DNA of 64,000 nucleotides from Plasmodiophora brassicae (Eukaryota): NCBI GenBank assembly GCA_036867785.1, contig CP145412.1, positions 1,054,001 to 1,118,000 of the forward strand, read 5' to 3'. Shown piece by piece: positions 25,860 to 37,496 of this stretch (position 1 is its first letter; each line of letters starts with the position of its first letter). The notes under the pieces were generated by a model. It saw only the letters and a program-made list of their open reading frames with translations, ran no database searches and was not told where the DNA came from. The position numbers and the translations under genes were made by a program.

Positions 25860-26484
25860 ATGGGGGCGTTGGCACTTTGGACAGGAGGGCGTCTCGGAGC
25901 GTTTATACCCCGATGCAGCCTGCACGCCGCACTTTCCAGTTCTGCGATGCGGGACGGCTGCCATGACTGCCAAACTGCAGTCGCGCTGGTCCAGCTGGTG
26001 AGCGGACCTGAGGGTTTGCGCATGCATCTGGAATTCTGGATCATCGATTCCCGAAGCCGTTTGATTCGCTCGATGATGAGACGAAGCTGGGTTATCCATA
26101 CGCAAGTACGTATCATCTTGTATTCCAAGTTGTTTAGTGAGACACTGCTGTTTAGGATTCTAGTGGGGAGGTACGGCTTCACCGGGGTCCCGCCGAAATC
26201 CAGCATAGTACGTCTACATCGTCCGACAGCCTTGGGCATCTCCGGTGACATGTTTTGTAGGCTGGACCGCCCAACTGGTAAGCCACGAAAGGAGGGCGGT
26301 CCGGTCTACCAGTTCCGTTTGGCAATCAACGGCGAATCATCGTCTTCGGACTGCGCCGCGCTGCACCCACGGCGAGCGAGTCGGATACCTGTACGTGCCC
26401 GGAGATGCAAGCCGGGTTGCGGAAGGAGCTTGGCGAGATGTTGATGGGCTTCTGGCGTGTTTTGAAAGCGGCTCGACCGTGTAG
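25860..26484 (+). CDS. Possible multi-exon hypothetical protein
   Basis: Plus-strand donor/acceptor-like sites (gtacgt...tttag, gtacgg, gtaagc); no family recognised, frame ambiguous. Confidence 0.25.
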
Positions 26485-26838
26485 CTTGCACGTAGCTGCG
26501 CCCACCCATACACAAACGCAGACTTTCAGTGTCGTTGTCAGTGTAAGGCATCGTTACCAGCACGTGCACACAAGCAATCCCCGAGTCACATGCCCAGCAC
26601 GCCACGGTAAAACTGCCTGGCCCACGTTTGATGGCCATCGGTCTACGTCATCTGGTAAATGTACTTGTACTTTACGTTTACCGGTACAACCTTTACGTTT
26701 ACGTTTTTACGTCTACTTGCCGAGGCCTACGTTGCTTCCCGCGCAAACGAGCGTGCTGCCTGCCCCGCACTTAAACCGATGTTGCATAGGTGGACAGACT
26801 TGTACTACTGGGAACGATGTGCTCATAGTAATACTGCT

Positions 26839-27891
26839 TTACATGAAATGGATGGAGGGTGTCAATGCGTTGCTGCGCCCTCTGCCTGCGACGAAGCGGT
26901 TCTTCCAGTCACGCACCCGCAACGGATCGATCCTGTCGCCGCGAGTCTTGCACAGTGCCTGGACCGGTTCAAAACAGAGATCGGCATGAGATCAAGTCAG
27001 CGTTTGACCTTCCATAAGCGCTGGTCACTGGCGATCAGTCCAAACGGGGAGCTAACAGTGCCGACACGGGCAAGATCACGAGCGGACAGAAATGCGAAAC
27101 ACAAGCTGAGGATGTGCTTCGGCAGCGTCAGCGTATCCGCCGGCAGCATCGGACGCCACATCGTCCTTGCTATAGAATTCTCCACAATGGACACGAGAAG
27201 CGTTACATTCCTCAGCGCCCCTTGGCCATTAACAAAGGTTCGAATAGGTAGTCGAGCGCGGGCGTGGCAATCGGCACCAACCTGCAGAGCATCGACCAGC
27301 AGAATCCCATTGAGAGCAACCATCGACGTCAGGAACGATCTTCCATCAGCCTTACACGGTCAGTCAACCAAGTGAAAACGCAGTAAGCATAATGACAATA
27401 ACCGTTCGAAATCGGGCTGTCGATGAGGCCGACGAGTAGGTTGGTGCTAGGACTCGAGTCAGGCCGTCCATTTCGATCAGAGAACAAACGGCGGCAGTGA
27501 GCGTGTCCACAGGCGAACGTGGTTCATGGACAAGGACACGCTCGACCAGTTCATCTCCGATCGGCGTCAGCGCCGCCAGCCGTCGCGCGCGATGCCGAAT
27601 CGCGCTGATCAGCGGCACGGCGACGCCTGCCGGCGACGACGCCGTCATCGATATCGCGTTGCGGTCACCGTGCAGGCGAGCATTGACGACGAACCTGCCG
27701 GCTATTGTCACAACGACCACGTCAAGTACCGAACCGGACGTCTCCTGGTCCACGTAGCGTCCGACGACGTGCCCGTGCCGGGACATGGCCGGGATCGCCA
27801 GCAGAGCTTCGTCCAGAGCAGCTACAAACTGCTGCGCCGACATTCGCACTGCGCATTCGGCTGTCATCCCGCGATGTTCCTCCAGGGTCAT
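26839..27891 (-). CDS. F-box protein with C-terminal F-box, FBXO7/PI31(FP)-like architecture, multi-exon
   Basis: F-box LPKHILSLCFAFLSARDLARVGTVSSPFGLIASDQRLWK, spliced to ALCKTR...DWKNRF; upstream SPVDTLTAAVCSLIEMDG resembles the FP-domain helix. Confidence 0.7.
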
Positions 27892-28593
27892 CGCGTCGGC
27901 CTCGCGTGCAGCGCCAAGGCGAATGGAGTGTGATGCGCCACATGTTCCGGAACGGGGGACAGAGAGCCGGAGGTGACTCAGCGCGGGTCGAGTATCGGCG
28001 GCTCTTCTGGCGCGCCTTGACAAACAGGATGCGTGCAATTTCACGAGCGTCGCGCTGCGACGTCTTCGCGATCGTAGCGTCATCAATCTATAAAGAGATC
28101 CCCTACCGGCAGCCAGAAACACTTTAGGTAGTCGCTTCCTTTCAGTGCTCATTATACAGGAGTTGATTTTCCTCAGTTTCGGCATGTGGGCGCCGCCGAA
28201 AAATCGAGGCCAAGCTAAACTTGTGTTTGCAAACATGCTTACGCTCGTAGACCGTGTTGAACTGGCCGAAACGGAACGGTGTCTGCCTCAAATATTAATA
28301 AGGCCGACGGCACTGTCTCACTGGCATGATCCCACCACCAAAATTCGGTGGCCTTCCTGGCGGTACCTTCCAATCCGAGGCCACCATCAGTTTTGTCCAT
28401 TCGTACATTGGCGGTTGACGAGTGCCCTATTCTGCACGGATGGATACATATGCATGGCCCTGTCATAATATGACATCAAATATGACGTATGACGTCATCC
28501 CGGAGGGGGCACAGCCTCTTAATTCTGCGATACACCTTACGGACCACGGTCACTTCGTCAGTTTCGCTGTTTCCGCCGCTCGTGCAGCACGAG

Positions 28594-29085
28594 ATGCCAA
28601 GGCCGGCGAGGCGCTCCAGAGCGACCGCGAGCGATATTGCGGCCCTAAGGCAGCACTTCGCAGCCCCCTGTCAGCCCAGAGACGATGAAGGAGCCGACGG
28701 TGGCGAGCGTCATTTTGTCTGCAACCACTGTGGTGGTGATGGTACCGCGACGACAACCCGAATGAGGTCGCATTTGAACGTGTGCCCCAATCTGAACTAC
28801 CGGTTTCTACCCGGCAATGGATTTCTATCGCGCGCGGTTGTTTCCGAGCGTCCAGTGGCTTCTCCGGCTCCCTCTACTAATATCGTATCCAAGATACCTT
28901 GGGATCGGGCCCGCCGCGAGGCCTTTGAGTTTGCTCTATGCTCGGCGGTGATACTCAAGGGCAAAGGATTCAATCTTCTAGTAAGTCCTGAGTTCAAGGC
29001 TGGGTACGACACATGACGTCCTCATATAATAGGTACTACATATTCGCTCAGCTCCGGCTCAGCTCCGGCCAGGATACTTCATGCT
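28594..29085 (+). pseudogene. hAT transposase 5' fragment with BED zinc finger
   Basis: FVCNHC...TTTRMRSHLNVCP (Cx2C...Hx3C), then GFNLLVSPEF..., ...QLRPGYF interrupted by an 11-nt tandem duplication GCTCAGCTCCG at 29046-29067. Confidence 0.8.
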
Positions 29086-29089
29086 TCTG

Positions 29090-31002
29090 TGACATGATGC
29101 AGAGGGCCAGGAGCGGCCTAGAGAGTGCGGGGCTGCGTTCTCGCCAGCTTACGTAGGCTGCAGGTGGCTGGTCCGGTATACCTCGTTAACCGAAGCGGCC
29201 ACCACTGACTGGTAGACTAACTATCGTCACGTTACAGACGCGACCACCAGTGGAGAAGGCCGCGGCACTGGCTATTGTCACTTTCGAGCGCGCGATTCGA
29301 TCGTTATGGGGCGGCACGGTAAGCGTACGCTCCCAGAAGCTGTGAAGATCCGGATCCACAAACCGACGTAGACCGTTAAGCGTGATATCGTGCTGGAGGT
29401 ATGCTCTTACGCCAATGGATATATATGCAGCAGCTGTCGGCCCACATCACATACAGAAAAACAAAAGAAGTATTTCGCGGCCATCAAAGGCTTCAGCCCA
29501 GCACGAGAGAATGGGGATGCTGCATTTCTGGCGCTTCATGTCCCGTGTTGTGGTGGACGATGCTACGCGATTCACAACCGAGGCTGAGCTACGCGAGCTC
29601 GTTGCCTCTGGAAAAGGCCCCGAGCTGATAAGCTCATTCCTCGTCGACCATTTCGTACAATACTTGCTCGATCACTGTCCGCAATGGACAACACCAGGAA
29701 CGTTTAGTGCATGTTGATGGGGTTCGCTTTAATTTACAGCACGAATTCTTCGCCGGTGCTGACATTGAATCTCTGACCGGTCGGCCGCAGTCAGCGCTGA
29801 ACAAGTTCATTAAAGAGGAGTTGTGTAAGCGTCAGGACATGGCAGGTGGGCTTTGGGGAGCTGCCCATGGATTGTCATTTACTATCTTGCTGATCATGCG
29901 GGACTAGATGTCGTCAACCTGCCATTCCTGCCCCGCTCGCGTTTTCAAACGCTTGCTCGTTTTCTTTTCATGTATGATTGCATGATTTATTGCTGTCGAA
30001 GAGTGTCCTAAGCCGATCCTGTCAGGGAGGACACGGTCGATTCGATCAAGCTATTCTGTATCGTCGTCCTGGCACGGGATCTCTGCGGTCGAATGTCGGA
30101 TATGGCATCGATTGCAGCATCGAACCTGCTGTTAGATCGATGGCTTGTCGTCCGATTTGCGCGCCAAAAGGTATGATGTGCCGTTTCTGGTTTCCATGAC
30201 GAAACCCCTACCAATTGCTGTGTCAGGTGGGCATAAGCCAGGCACTGCCGCTGGTGTGGGATCGCGAATGGGAACTGTGCCCGGAGATTGCACTGGTTAT
30301 CCAGATGTTCCTTTTCGGGGCCCAGGACGATTACGTGTTCCCAGACCTCCGCGACGGTCGTACCAATAGAGTGAAGGACGGGCCGTCGTCTGCAATCACT
30401 CGGTTGATGAAAAAGTTCGTCGGCCGGGAATTCGACGGAGTGCCGGTGTTGCACGCGGAGGAGGCTCATGCGTCTATCATTCGCCGGTCCGCCGCTAATG
30501 ACATGGTGCACGCGTGCGTCCCGGCAGACGCTGCCGACGCTCGAGGAGGCTGGGCTGCTCGGTTCTCCGCGTCTGTCCGTTCGCTGAAGTACGTCGTCAA
30601 GGACGCCACGATGACGCTTTATCAAGCGGGTGCCGGTCTTTCTGGCCACAAGGTCCCGTCCTGTCTGCCTCAGGAGGACATTATTCTGCCCGTGTCTCTT
30701 GATTTCGTGGACAGTTTGGATCATGCTGACCGCCAGACGGTGCTTATGGTTGCGCGTTCCACGTTCGCCGACACCGGGCTGAGTGACGGACCAGTCCTAC
30801 GGCACTTGTTCGCGGTTCTCCTGAGGTTTGTATCGATCCTGGTGGATCACGTAAGCGATCATCTCGTGCTCGACAAGGTGCGCGAGCTCTCCATAACAAC
30901 CGGTGTGGCGACGGACACGATCCTTAGATGGGGGAAGCTGGTCCGTGAGCGAGACGGCAGCGTCAACCTTCGTCCGACGATGCATGACAGTGACCTCATT
31001 CG
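29090..31002 (+). mobile_element. Crypton-like tyrosine recombinase gene with introns, degenerate at the 5' end, nested in the hAT element
   Basis: Spliced core LARDLCGRMSDMA (catalytic R) ...VRFARQK|VGISQ (K) ...LCPEIAL...DYVFP...HASIIRRSAA (HxxR region) ...ARGGW...SLKYV (Y nucleophile); GT-AG intron 30171-30226. Confidence 0.85.
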
Positions 31003-31763
31003 ACAAGTTCGTCTTGTCCCACTTCCTGCTCTTAAAGTCCAGCGTGTACGCCTTGGTTGCCGCCGCAGCTGGCGTATCACCAATCGATGCTTTTGGTATA
31101 GGTTCCCGTTGGTCAACATTCTGGCTCATCGGGTTGTCTTTCTCGCGGTCTGACCGTGTCGGCGCCTGATAATCGAACAAAATTCAGTTGAACAGAGCAA
31201 TGAGCAAGCAGCAACCGTACCCTATCAGTTGGCTCGTCAAGAACTATTCGCGTCTCAATAGCGGGTGCATCCGGACCCGCCTGTCGCCCAGAGAGCAGGC
31301 TCGTGATAAGCCGCAACCCATCAGCCAGGTCGTTGGTTTTTGAATTCATTTGACCAATTTCCTCTTTAATGGAGGCCACGTCATCTAAACAGACAAAAAA
31401 CGGATGAATCGTCAAGTCAATTCTCGTATACCTTTGAGGCGAATGAGGTCACTGTCATGCATCGTCGGACGGAGGTTGACGCTGCCGTGTCGCTCACGGA
31501 CCAGCTCCCCCATCTAAGGATCGTGTCCGTCGCCACACCGGTTGTTATGGAGAGCTCGCGCACCTTGTCGAGCACGAGATGATTTCCACCAGGATCGATA
31601 CAAACCTCAGGAGAACCGCGAACAAGTGCCGTAGGACTGGCCCGTCACTCAGCCCGGTGTCGGCGAACGTGGAACGCGCAACCATAAGCACCGTCTGGCG
31701 GTCAGCATGATCCAAACTATCCACGAAATCAAGAGACACGGGCAGAATAATGTCCTCCTGAGG
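31003..31763 (-). repeat. Inverted segment of the recombinase gene: near-identical copy of 30668-31002 (at 31440-31763) plus its original 3' continuation
   Basis: 31440-31763 is the reverse complement of 30668-31002, with a few substitutions and a ~10-nt deletion. The minus strand continues HDSDLIRLK, then intron, DDVASIKEEIGQM...DEPTDR, then intron, APTRSDREKD... Confidence 0.92.
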
Positions 31764-31770
31764 GGATCAT

Positions 31771-31961
31771 GCCACCGTCGGCTCCTTCATCGTCTCTGGG
31801 CTGACAGGGGGCTGCGAAGTGCTGCCTTAGGGCCGCAATATCGCTCGCGGTCGCTCTGGAGCGCCTTGCCGGCCTTGGCATCTCGTGCTGCACGAGCGGC
31901 GGAAACAGCGAAACTGACGAAGTGACCGTGGTCCGTAAGGTATGTAATTCAGAGGCTGTGC
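31771..31961 (-). repeat. Inverted copy of hAT 5' region 28509-28704
   Basis: Encodes the same TLRTTVTSSVSLFPPLVQHEMPRPARRSRATASDIAALRQHFAAPCQPRDDEGADGG on the opposite strand. Confidence 0.93.
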
Positions 31962-32039
31962 GGGGGGTCGGCATGTTCTGCAGTAAGAACAATATCTGTC
32001 TACTGTATTTCGCTACTGCTAACGTATGAACCACTGAGG

Positions 32040-33476
32040 CATGTCAGGGCCTGTCGGAAGAATTTCAGAGTGTCAACCGACCCGTTCCTTGGCTATGGGA
32101 TACCTTTCGGATTCGGCCAATGTGATGCGGGCTGGCAGGAGCCGAAATCCTGATGTCGTGTCTTACGGTGACCCAGTCAACTCGATTCGCAACGTCTGTA
32201 AAGATTTTGTCAAGGATCCTGTTGTCAAAGATCGCGATGCACTGTCGGCGTTTGGAGCGGTCGTTAGTTGCTGAATTTGCGTTCTCTCTAGGATTGATTT
32301 TTGATATTTCGGCGCTACATTCGCTCTTTCGGCATTCGCATCGGCCGATGGCGTTCCTTGCGAAATGCATGCAAACGCATCTCAGTCGTTCACCTGCCAA
32401 ACTTCAGCCACACCAGGTTTTGCTTCATTGACAAGCTCCTCCCAACCTGCAGCAGTTTACAGGACGCTTTCGTCGAGTAGGTATGCGTCGTATGGGCTGA
32501 AAGATTCGTCATTCGATTGTGACCTGCCACCCCGACAGAAAGCTGTCGTCACCAGTCGGCGTTTCTGGTATTCGATCAAGGCTATGACCTACATTACTCA
32601 ATAGTTGGTGTACGTGAGTCGGCACCTCGAAGGGGAAGTCGTTCCATGCTCTTCGACAATCGCTTCCTTCTTGTTTATCAAGAAAGTTCTCCTGGACTAC
32701 TCAACGGACCCGTCGCTCGCCAGGTTTCGTTCCGTCCTGCATTTCGATCGGTCAGAATTGGAACGCCTGATTGCATGCCTCGATCGTCGCTTGGCTCCGT
32801 ATCCGCCATTCGGTTCTGTACCTAGCGTTCATGCTGGATCCGTTGTTCTTTTCCCTGCTGGCGGATGGGTTTACAATCATAGCTCGGAGGCGAAAACGTC
32901 CAGGCTGAAAGCATCCAGGCCATGCAGCGGCTGCATAATTTGCGGATGAAGAACTTGGGCGCGGAAGATGGCGATGGAACCTGGCAACGCTTAGTCAACC
33001 AGTACTCCAACCGTTTTGTGGCCGACATGGACAATCAGTTGGTTCGGACGAATGCTGCTATGCATCTCAAGGTCGCTTGGGCTTGTTCCAGGCATTATGG
33101 TCCGGTCTTACCAAGATTATCGCCATTCCCCGTGTTCACCCTGGTGGCGTCATCAAACGGAGGCGAGCGGATCGGAACTTAAAGTCAAGAACGGCCCGAT
33201 TTAAATCCCTTAAAGCCGACAACCAGGTTGCCTGCATGTACAACAAACGTGCAACTACGACACGCGAAGGACCTCCCGCCAAGAGATCCGGCTTTCAGCA
33301 GGCTTCTCCAATCCATGTCGGGAGCGCGTTCTATGTACTCTGACGACGACCTGTTGCAGTTGGAGTCTGTACTGGCTGCAGTAGACCCATCTTCTGTGCA
33401 ACTTCAAGACTGGAACGCGGTCGAAACCGATGCAGATGATGATGTAAGTGAACAAGATGACGAATGTTTGGTTTAA
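32040..33476 (+). pseudogene. hAT transposase 3' fragment (DDE region, dimerisation domain), frameshifted
   Basis: GYLSDSANVMRAG (D-x-A-x-x-M motif); W....HYGPVL....VFTLVASSNGGER (hAT dimerisation SS..ER motif); acidic C-terminus; several stops and frameshifts. Confidence 0.8.
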
Positions 33477-33791
33477 ATATACTACCTTCTTTATCAAGAA
33501 ATACAGCAACATGTCCTCTTTCCCATACTTTTGTGGTTATGACCCCTTATGATGCCTTATGAGTAATGGCGCCTTTATGATGTCATGGCGTCATAAAATC
33601 TGGCCTCGGAGTTATGGCAGGACCATGTACGTATGCCGTCGTGGTCGGTACGTCATAAATCGTGACGGTATTGGTACCCGGGTCGTGGCTTGTTCCCGAT
33701 TTAGACTTGGTCCGATTTTAGCCTGCACGTCCAGGTTCCACAAGCAACGGTGGAGACACGGTAGTCGGTGAAGCGCAGTACTGGTCGAACG

Positions 33792-36514
33792 ATGGTGCTG
33801 GTTCTGTTATCGTTGCGAGTGATGGTCCCCATATTGGCGGTTGCCCTTGCAGGAGCTGTCGGTGGCCGCGCCCGTTCCAGGTAGGCCAACGATACGAAGC
33901 CTCGCGCGCTTTCCGTTGACTTCGACTACCCCTACCTATGTAGCTGTGCCGATTGCAAAGCTGTTGGCGAGAGCTTAGTCGCCCTTCGAGAGGATCTGAA
34001 GACGCGGCATACCGTGGATCTCTGGTATCTTTGGCTCAAACGGTTTCGGAGACTACCTGATCATGTCGCGTCGTACCTTGGGGGACAGCTTGCCCGGTCC
34101 CATTGTCCTGAAGACGCTGCCAAGCGAATCAAGGAATTTCTCCATCAGGGCACAGCGGCAATCAGTTACGTAAACCTCGAAAAGATGTTGCATTCTGAGT
34201 TACATCTGGGCAGTGCGCCTGAATGGTAATCGCTTCTGCGGAAGCGCTGGAATGTGGGCTGGCATTGAGTTTATTGTTCTCGTAGGGATGTCGGCACATT
34301 CATTGAAGACGTCCGTCAGCATTATGCAATAACCCGAAGACTTACGTACGGAGACTCATTTACAGCGTGCATTGTGGAACACGTCCACGATCTGATATGA
34401 ATTCTTACAGTACGACGACGCGGGTCTTGCCCGCAAGTCCATCTTCTAAAGATGCTGCAGCTGCCGAACCTATCGGGAAGGAGCGCGACAACGATATTAC
34501 TGACACGATCAGTGGCGCTCTCTCTGTCTGCAGCAGCCCGCCCTGTCTACACGACAGTATTGGAATGTTAGTGCATCGTTACGTTATCAGTCAATATTCT
34601 CTGAACCCTTTTCAGGATGGTCGATTCACCTCCTAATTATGTCGAAGCTGAGCCAGTGGATCCTGTCAAAATTGCAGAGATCCGACAACTGTCAGTCATG
34701 TATTGTTGATTCTTAGTCCTACCGTTCAAGCTCACGAATGCAATATGCATGCTAGTGGTGACGCTGTAGCAGTCCCTGTTACCGGCATAATGTCTGCCCC
34801 TGCCGACCCGGGCTCCTTGCCAGAAGTGTCTGTCGGTTCCGAATCGAACACGGTGACTGATGATTCTCAGGAACGCCATTGGGACGTTTCCAATGATAGT
34901 GTATTCCCTGACAAGTCGATACGCGTTGATCCTCACCTCGCTGTCGACAATATCGATCGGAACGCTCTTCCGCCGCTTACTTTTACTGGTCATTTGCCAT
35001 GCCACAATGGGATCGGTGCCCCCATGACCAAATCGTCCCCCGCCGAGGATCGTCTCTATGCGGACTGCACCAGCCCGCCAGTTGTTCTGCCACCATCGTG
35101 TGCCGACCCAGTATCATTGCATAACGGTTCAGATGGTTCTATTATCGCCCCGAATGCGATATCCGCTAATCCTACTGCGGACGACGCGTTGCCAGCTGCT
35201 GCAATGCCATCATCGTGTGATAACCGGCAATCTGCACTCAACGTCTTCAGCGAAAGTATGGCCGCTACCGAACCGATATCTGCCAAGCGTCAACTCACTC
35301 TGGTCGATATCAACCCGCCTGCGGTCGTGCCACTATCTGCATCATGTAACACGCCGAACGCTGTGGACAGCATCGCTCGCGATGCGCTTCAGAAGCAACT
35401 TTGTACCAACCCTTCTGGCCACAACCAAGAAACTTTGCATAACGTTCCCAATGGCTCTGGTATCGCCCCGGATTCGATACCCGCTACATTTACTACGATC
35501 GACACTTTACAAGCTGCTGCTATGCCACCGTCCAGTGATGACCGGGAATCTGCACTTAACGGCTCCAACAAAACGGTGGCTCCTACCGAACCGACACCAT
35601 GCAAGCGTCATCTCACTTTGATCAATGTCGACCCGCCTGCGGTCGTGCCACCATGCGCATCATCCTACGCGTCTAACGCTGTGGATAACATCGCTCGGGA
35701 TGCTCTTCAGAAGCAACCTTGTACCGACCCTTTGTCTGGACACAGCCAGGGATCTTTACATAACGTTCCCAATGGCTCTGGTGTCGCCCCGGATTCGATA
35801 TCTGCTACACCTACCACGATCGACGCTCTACAAGCTGCTGTTATGCCGCCGTCCAGTGATGAGCGGGAATCTGCACTCAGCGCCTCCAACGAAAGGGCGG
35901 CTCCTACCGAGCCGACACCTTTCAAGCGTCATCTCACTTTGATCAATGTCAACCCGGTTGCTGTCGTGCCACCATCCGCATCACCGAGCAATTCTATCAT
36001 GACAGACCCTTCACGCCCGGGTTTGGTTCTTTGTGCACAGGGGGCCTTGGACAAATCCTCTGGCTTGACCCATGCCCACATTGCAGCGGGTGCGATTCTG
36101 CTCAGTGTAACCGCGCTCCTGGCGCGATTTCGCGATCGCAGACACCACGATTCTCATCCAGGACGTGGTGTGGCTGCGCCTCCCAAGCCGCCATCAATAT
36201 CGTCACGTCATGCTGTCGGTGGCGCCGCCGCCGCGCTATCTGCTATGGCGCTAATCAGCCGAGCCATGTCTCATCGCCGCGCCGTCCCTCAATCTCTTTC
36301 TGACGCATCAGACAGCGCGCCTCGCCCCAGCCCAGGGACCTGGATACGCTCAGTCACGTACACCGCTATCCTGTCACTGCTTGCAGTTGGGACGTTCCTG
36401 ATCATCGCCGGCTACCGGTATCAACGTCGACGTCGCCCTCTGGTAACCATCCATGCCGACCCCGACGAACTCGTCTACAAACCGTTCTCGTTGACGTCTG
36501 GCATCCCTTTATAA
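33792..36514 (+). CDS. Large signal-peptide protein with Ser/Pro/Thr-rich tandem repeats and a C-terminal triple hydrophobic/basic tail, multi-exon
   Basis: MVLVLLSLRVMVPILAVALAGAVGG then GT donor; several short introns; 603-codon open last exon ending YTAILSLLAVGTFLIIAGYRYQRRRR... Confidence 0.7.
35117..35985 (+). repeat. Coding tandem repeat, ~2.7 copies of a 318-321 bp (106-107 aa) unit
   Basis: Units start at LHN codons 35117, 35435 and 35756; each has AAxMPxSxDxRxSAL...TEP...KRxLTL...PxAVVP. Confidence 0.93.
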
Positions 36515-37496
36515 ACTCGCCTCACTAGTGTTTGTGTAACCTCGCCTCACTCATGTCTGCGTTCGTCCAAGAAATTACCTGCCGATAGCATCTCTGCTAA
36601 GGCCAGCGTTTCTAGTACAACGGCGAAGTATCAAGCCATCCGTCGACCCTTCATCTCTCACTATTGTATATCTACATAAGCATTTCGCGTTGCCTCTCAA
36701 GGAGCTCAACGACGGGTCTGGAGTAGGTAGTGAGACGGGGGGCGGATGGAACGCAACGAGTCGGTGGCATCCGTGGCCACTTCCGCCAGGGCCCGTCGAG
36801 TGTCACGAAGTGGGAACGAGGATGCGTAGCTGGTTAGAGACGAAGAATCGACGGATGGCAGGGTCCTTGGCCCCGTTCGAACGTTCTTCGTAACGCTGGG
36901 ATTTGCTGGCAGGCACCACGACGACGGAAAATGCTCGACCGAATTCGCGATTCAGAAAAATCCAGTGAACCGGCTTCTCTTCAACTGGATGAAAACTGAC
37001 TGACGTCCAGGACGTGGTGACCCCCCGCCACCAGCGCTTCCGAATTCGATCGCACTGGCCTATCGATTATCGCCGTACCTGTGCCTGTTGAAAACCCGAG
37101 TTATCGCAGGTCGAAGCCAGGGCCTCTGGGCTCTGACGCTCGTTGACCTCACTCAGGATGTGCAACCTCCCAGCGTTGGCCTACGCGCGACGACGGGCAT
37201 GCCAGCAAATGATTTGCTCGGCCATGGTATGTGGGTGTCTGGCATTGTTGGCTCCGCATCTGGACATGACCCCAATGGGCCCATTTCGGTTGCAACATCA
37301 GTCAGGTCAAAAGTCCCCCACGGAAATGCTGTGGTGACCCGTGGTGGTCCGGCCGTCCGAGCCGGTCGCGAAACCCGGGGGGCCGCTCTGCTCTGCCACT
37401 GATGATAAATTTAGGTACGTAACGATTATTGTATTCATTGGTGGTGGATCGACGCGCCTGCGTGAACCAGGGGCGCCTGTTGCGGCTTAGGGCCTG

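Larger units (their letters stand above)
28453..33627 (+). mobile_element. hAT-superfamily DNA transposon (5175 bp), internally rearranged, transposase degenerate
   Basis: TIRs CATGGCCCTGTCATAA (28453-28468) and TTATGGCAGGACCATG (33612-33627) match at 14/16; 8-bp TSD TACATATG (28445-28452) / TACGTATG (33628-33635); TATGA subterminal repeats; hAT transposase fragments at both ends. Confidence 0.92.

Noticed and set aside
26661-26720. Degenerate TTTACG tandem run resembling a telomeric repeat
   Set aside because: Short, irregular and lacking a G-run on either strand; most likely simple low-complexity intergenic sequence.
36515-37496. Possible RNA gene in the ~1-kb spacer (short repeat CTCGCCTCACT twice, small hairpin near 36960-36990, GC-rich stretch near 37340)
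   Set aside because: No tRNA, rRNA or snRNA signature recognised; the structures are too short to support a call.
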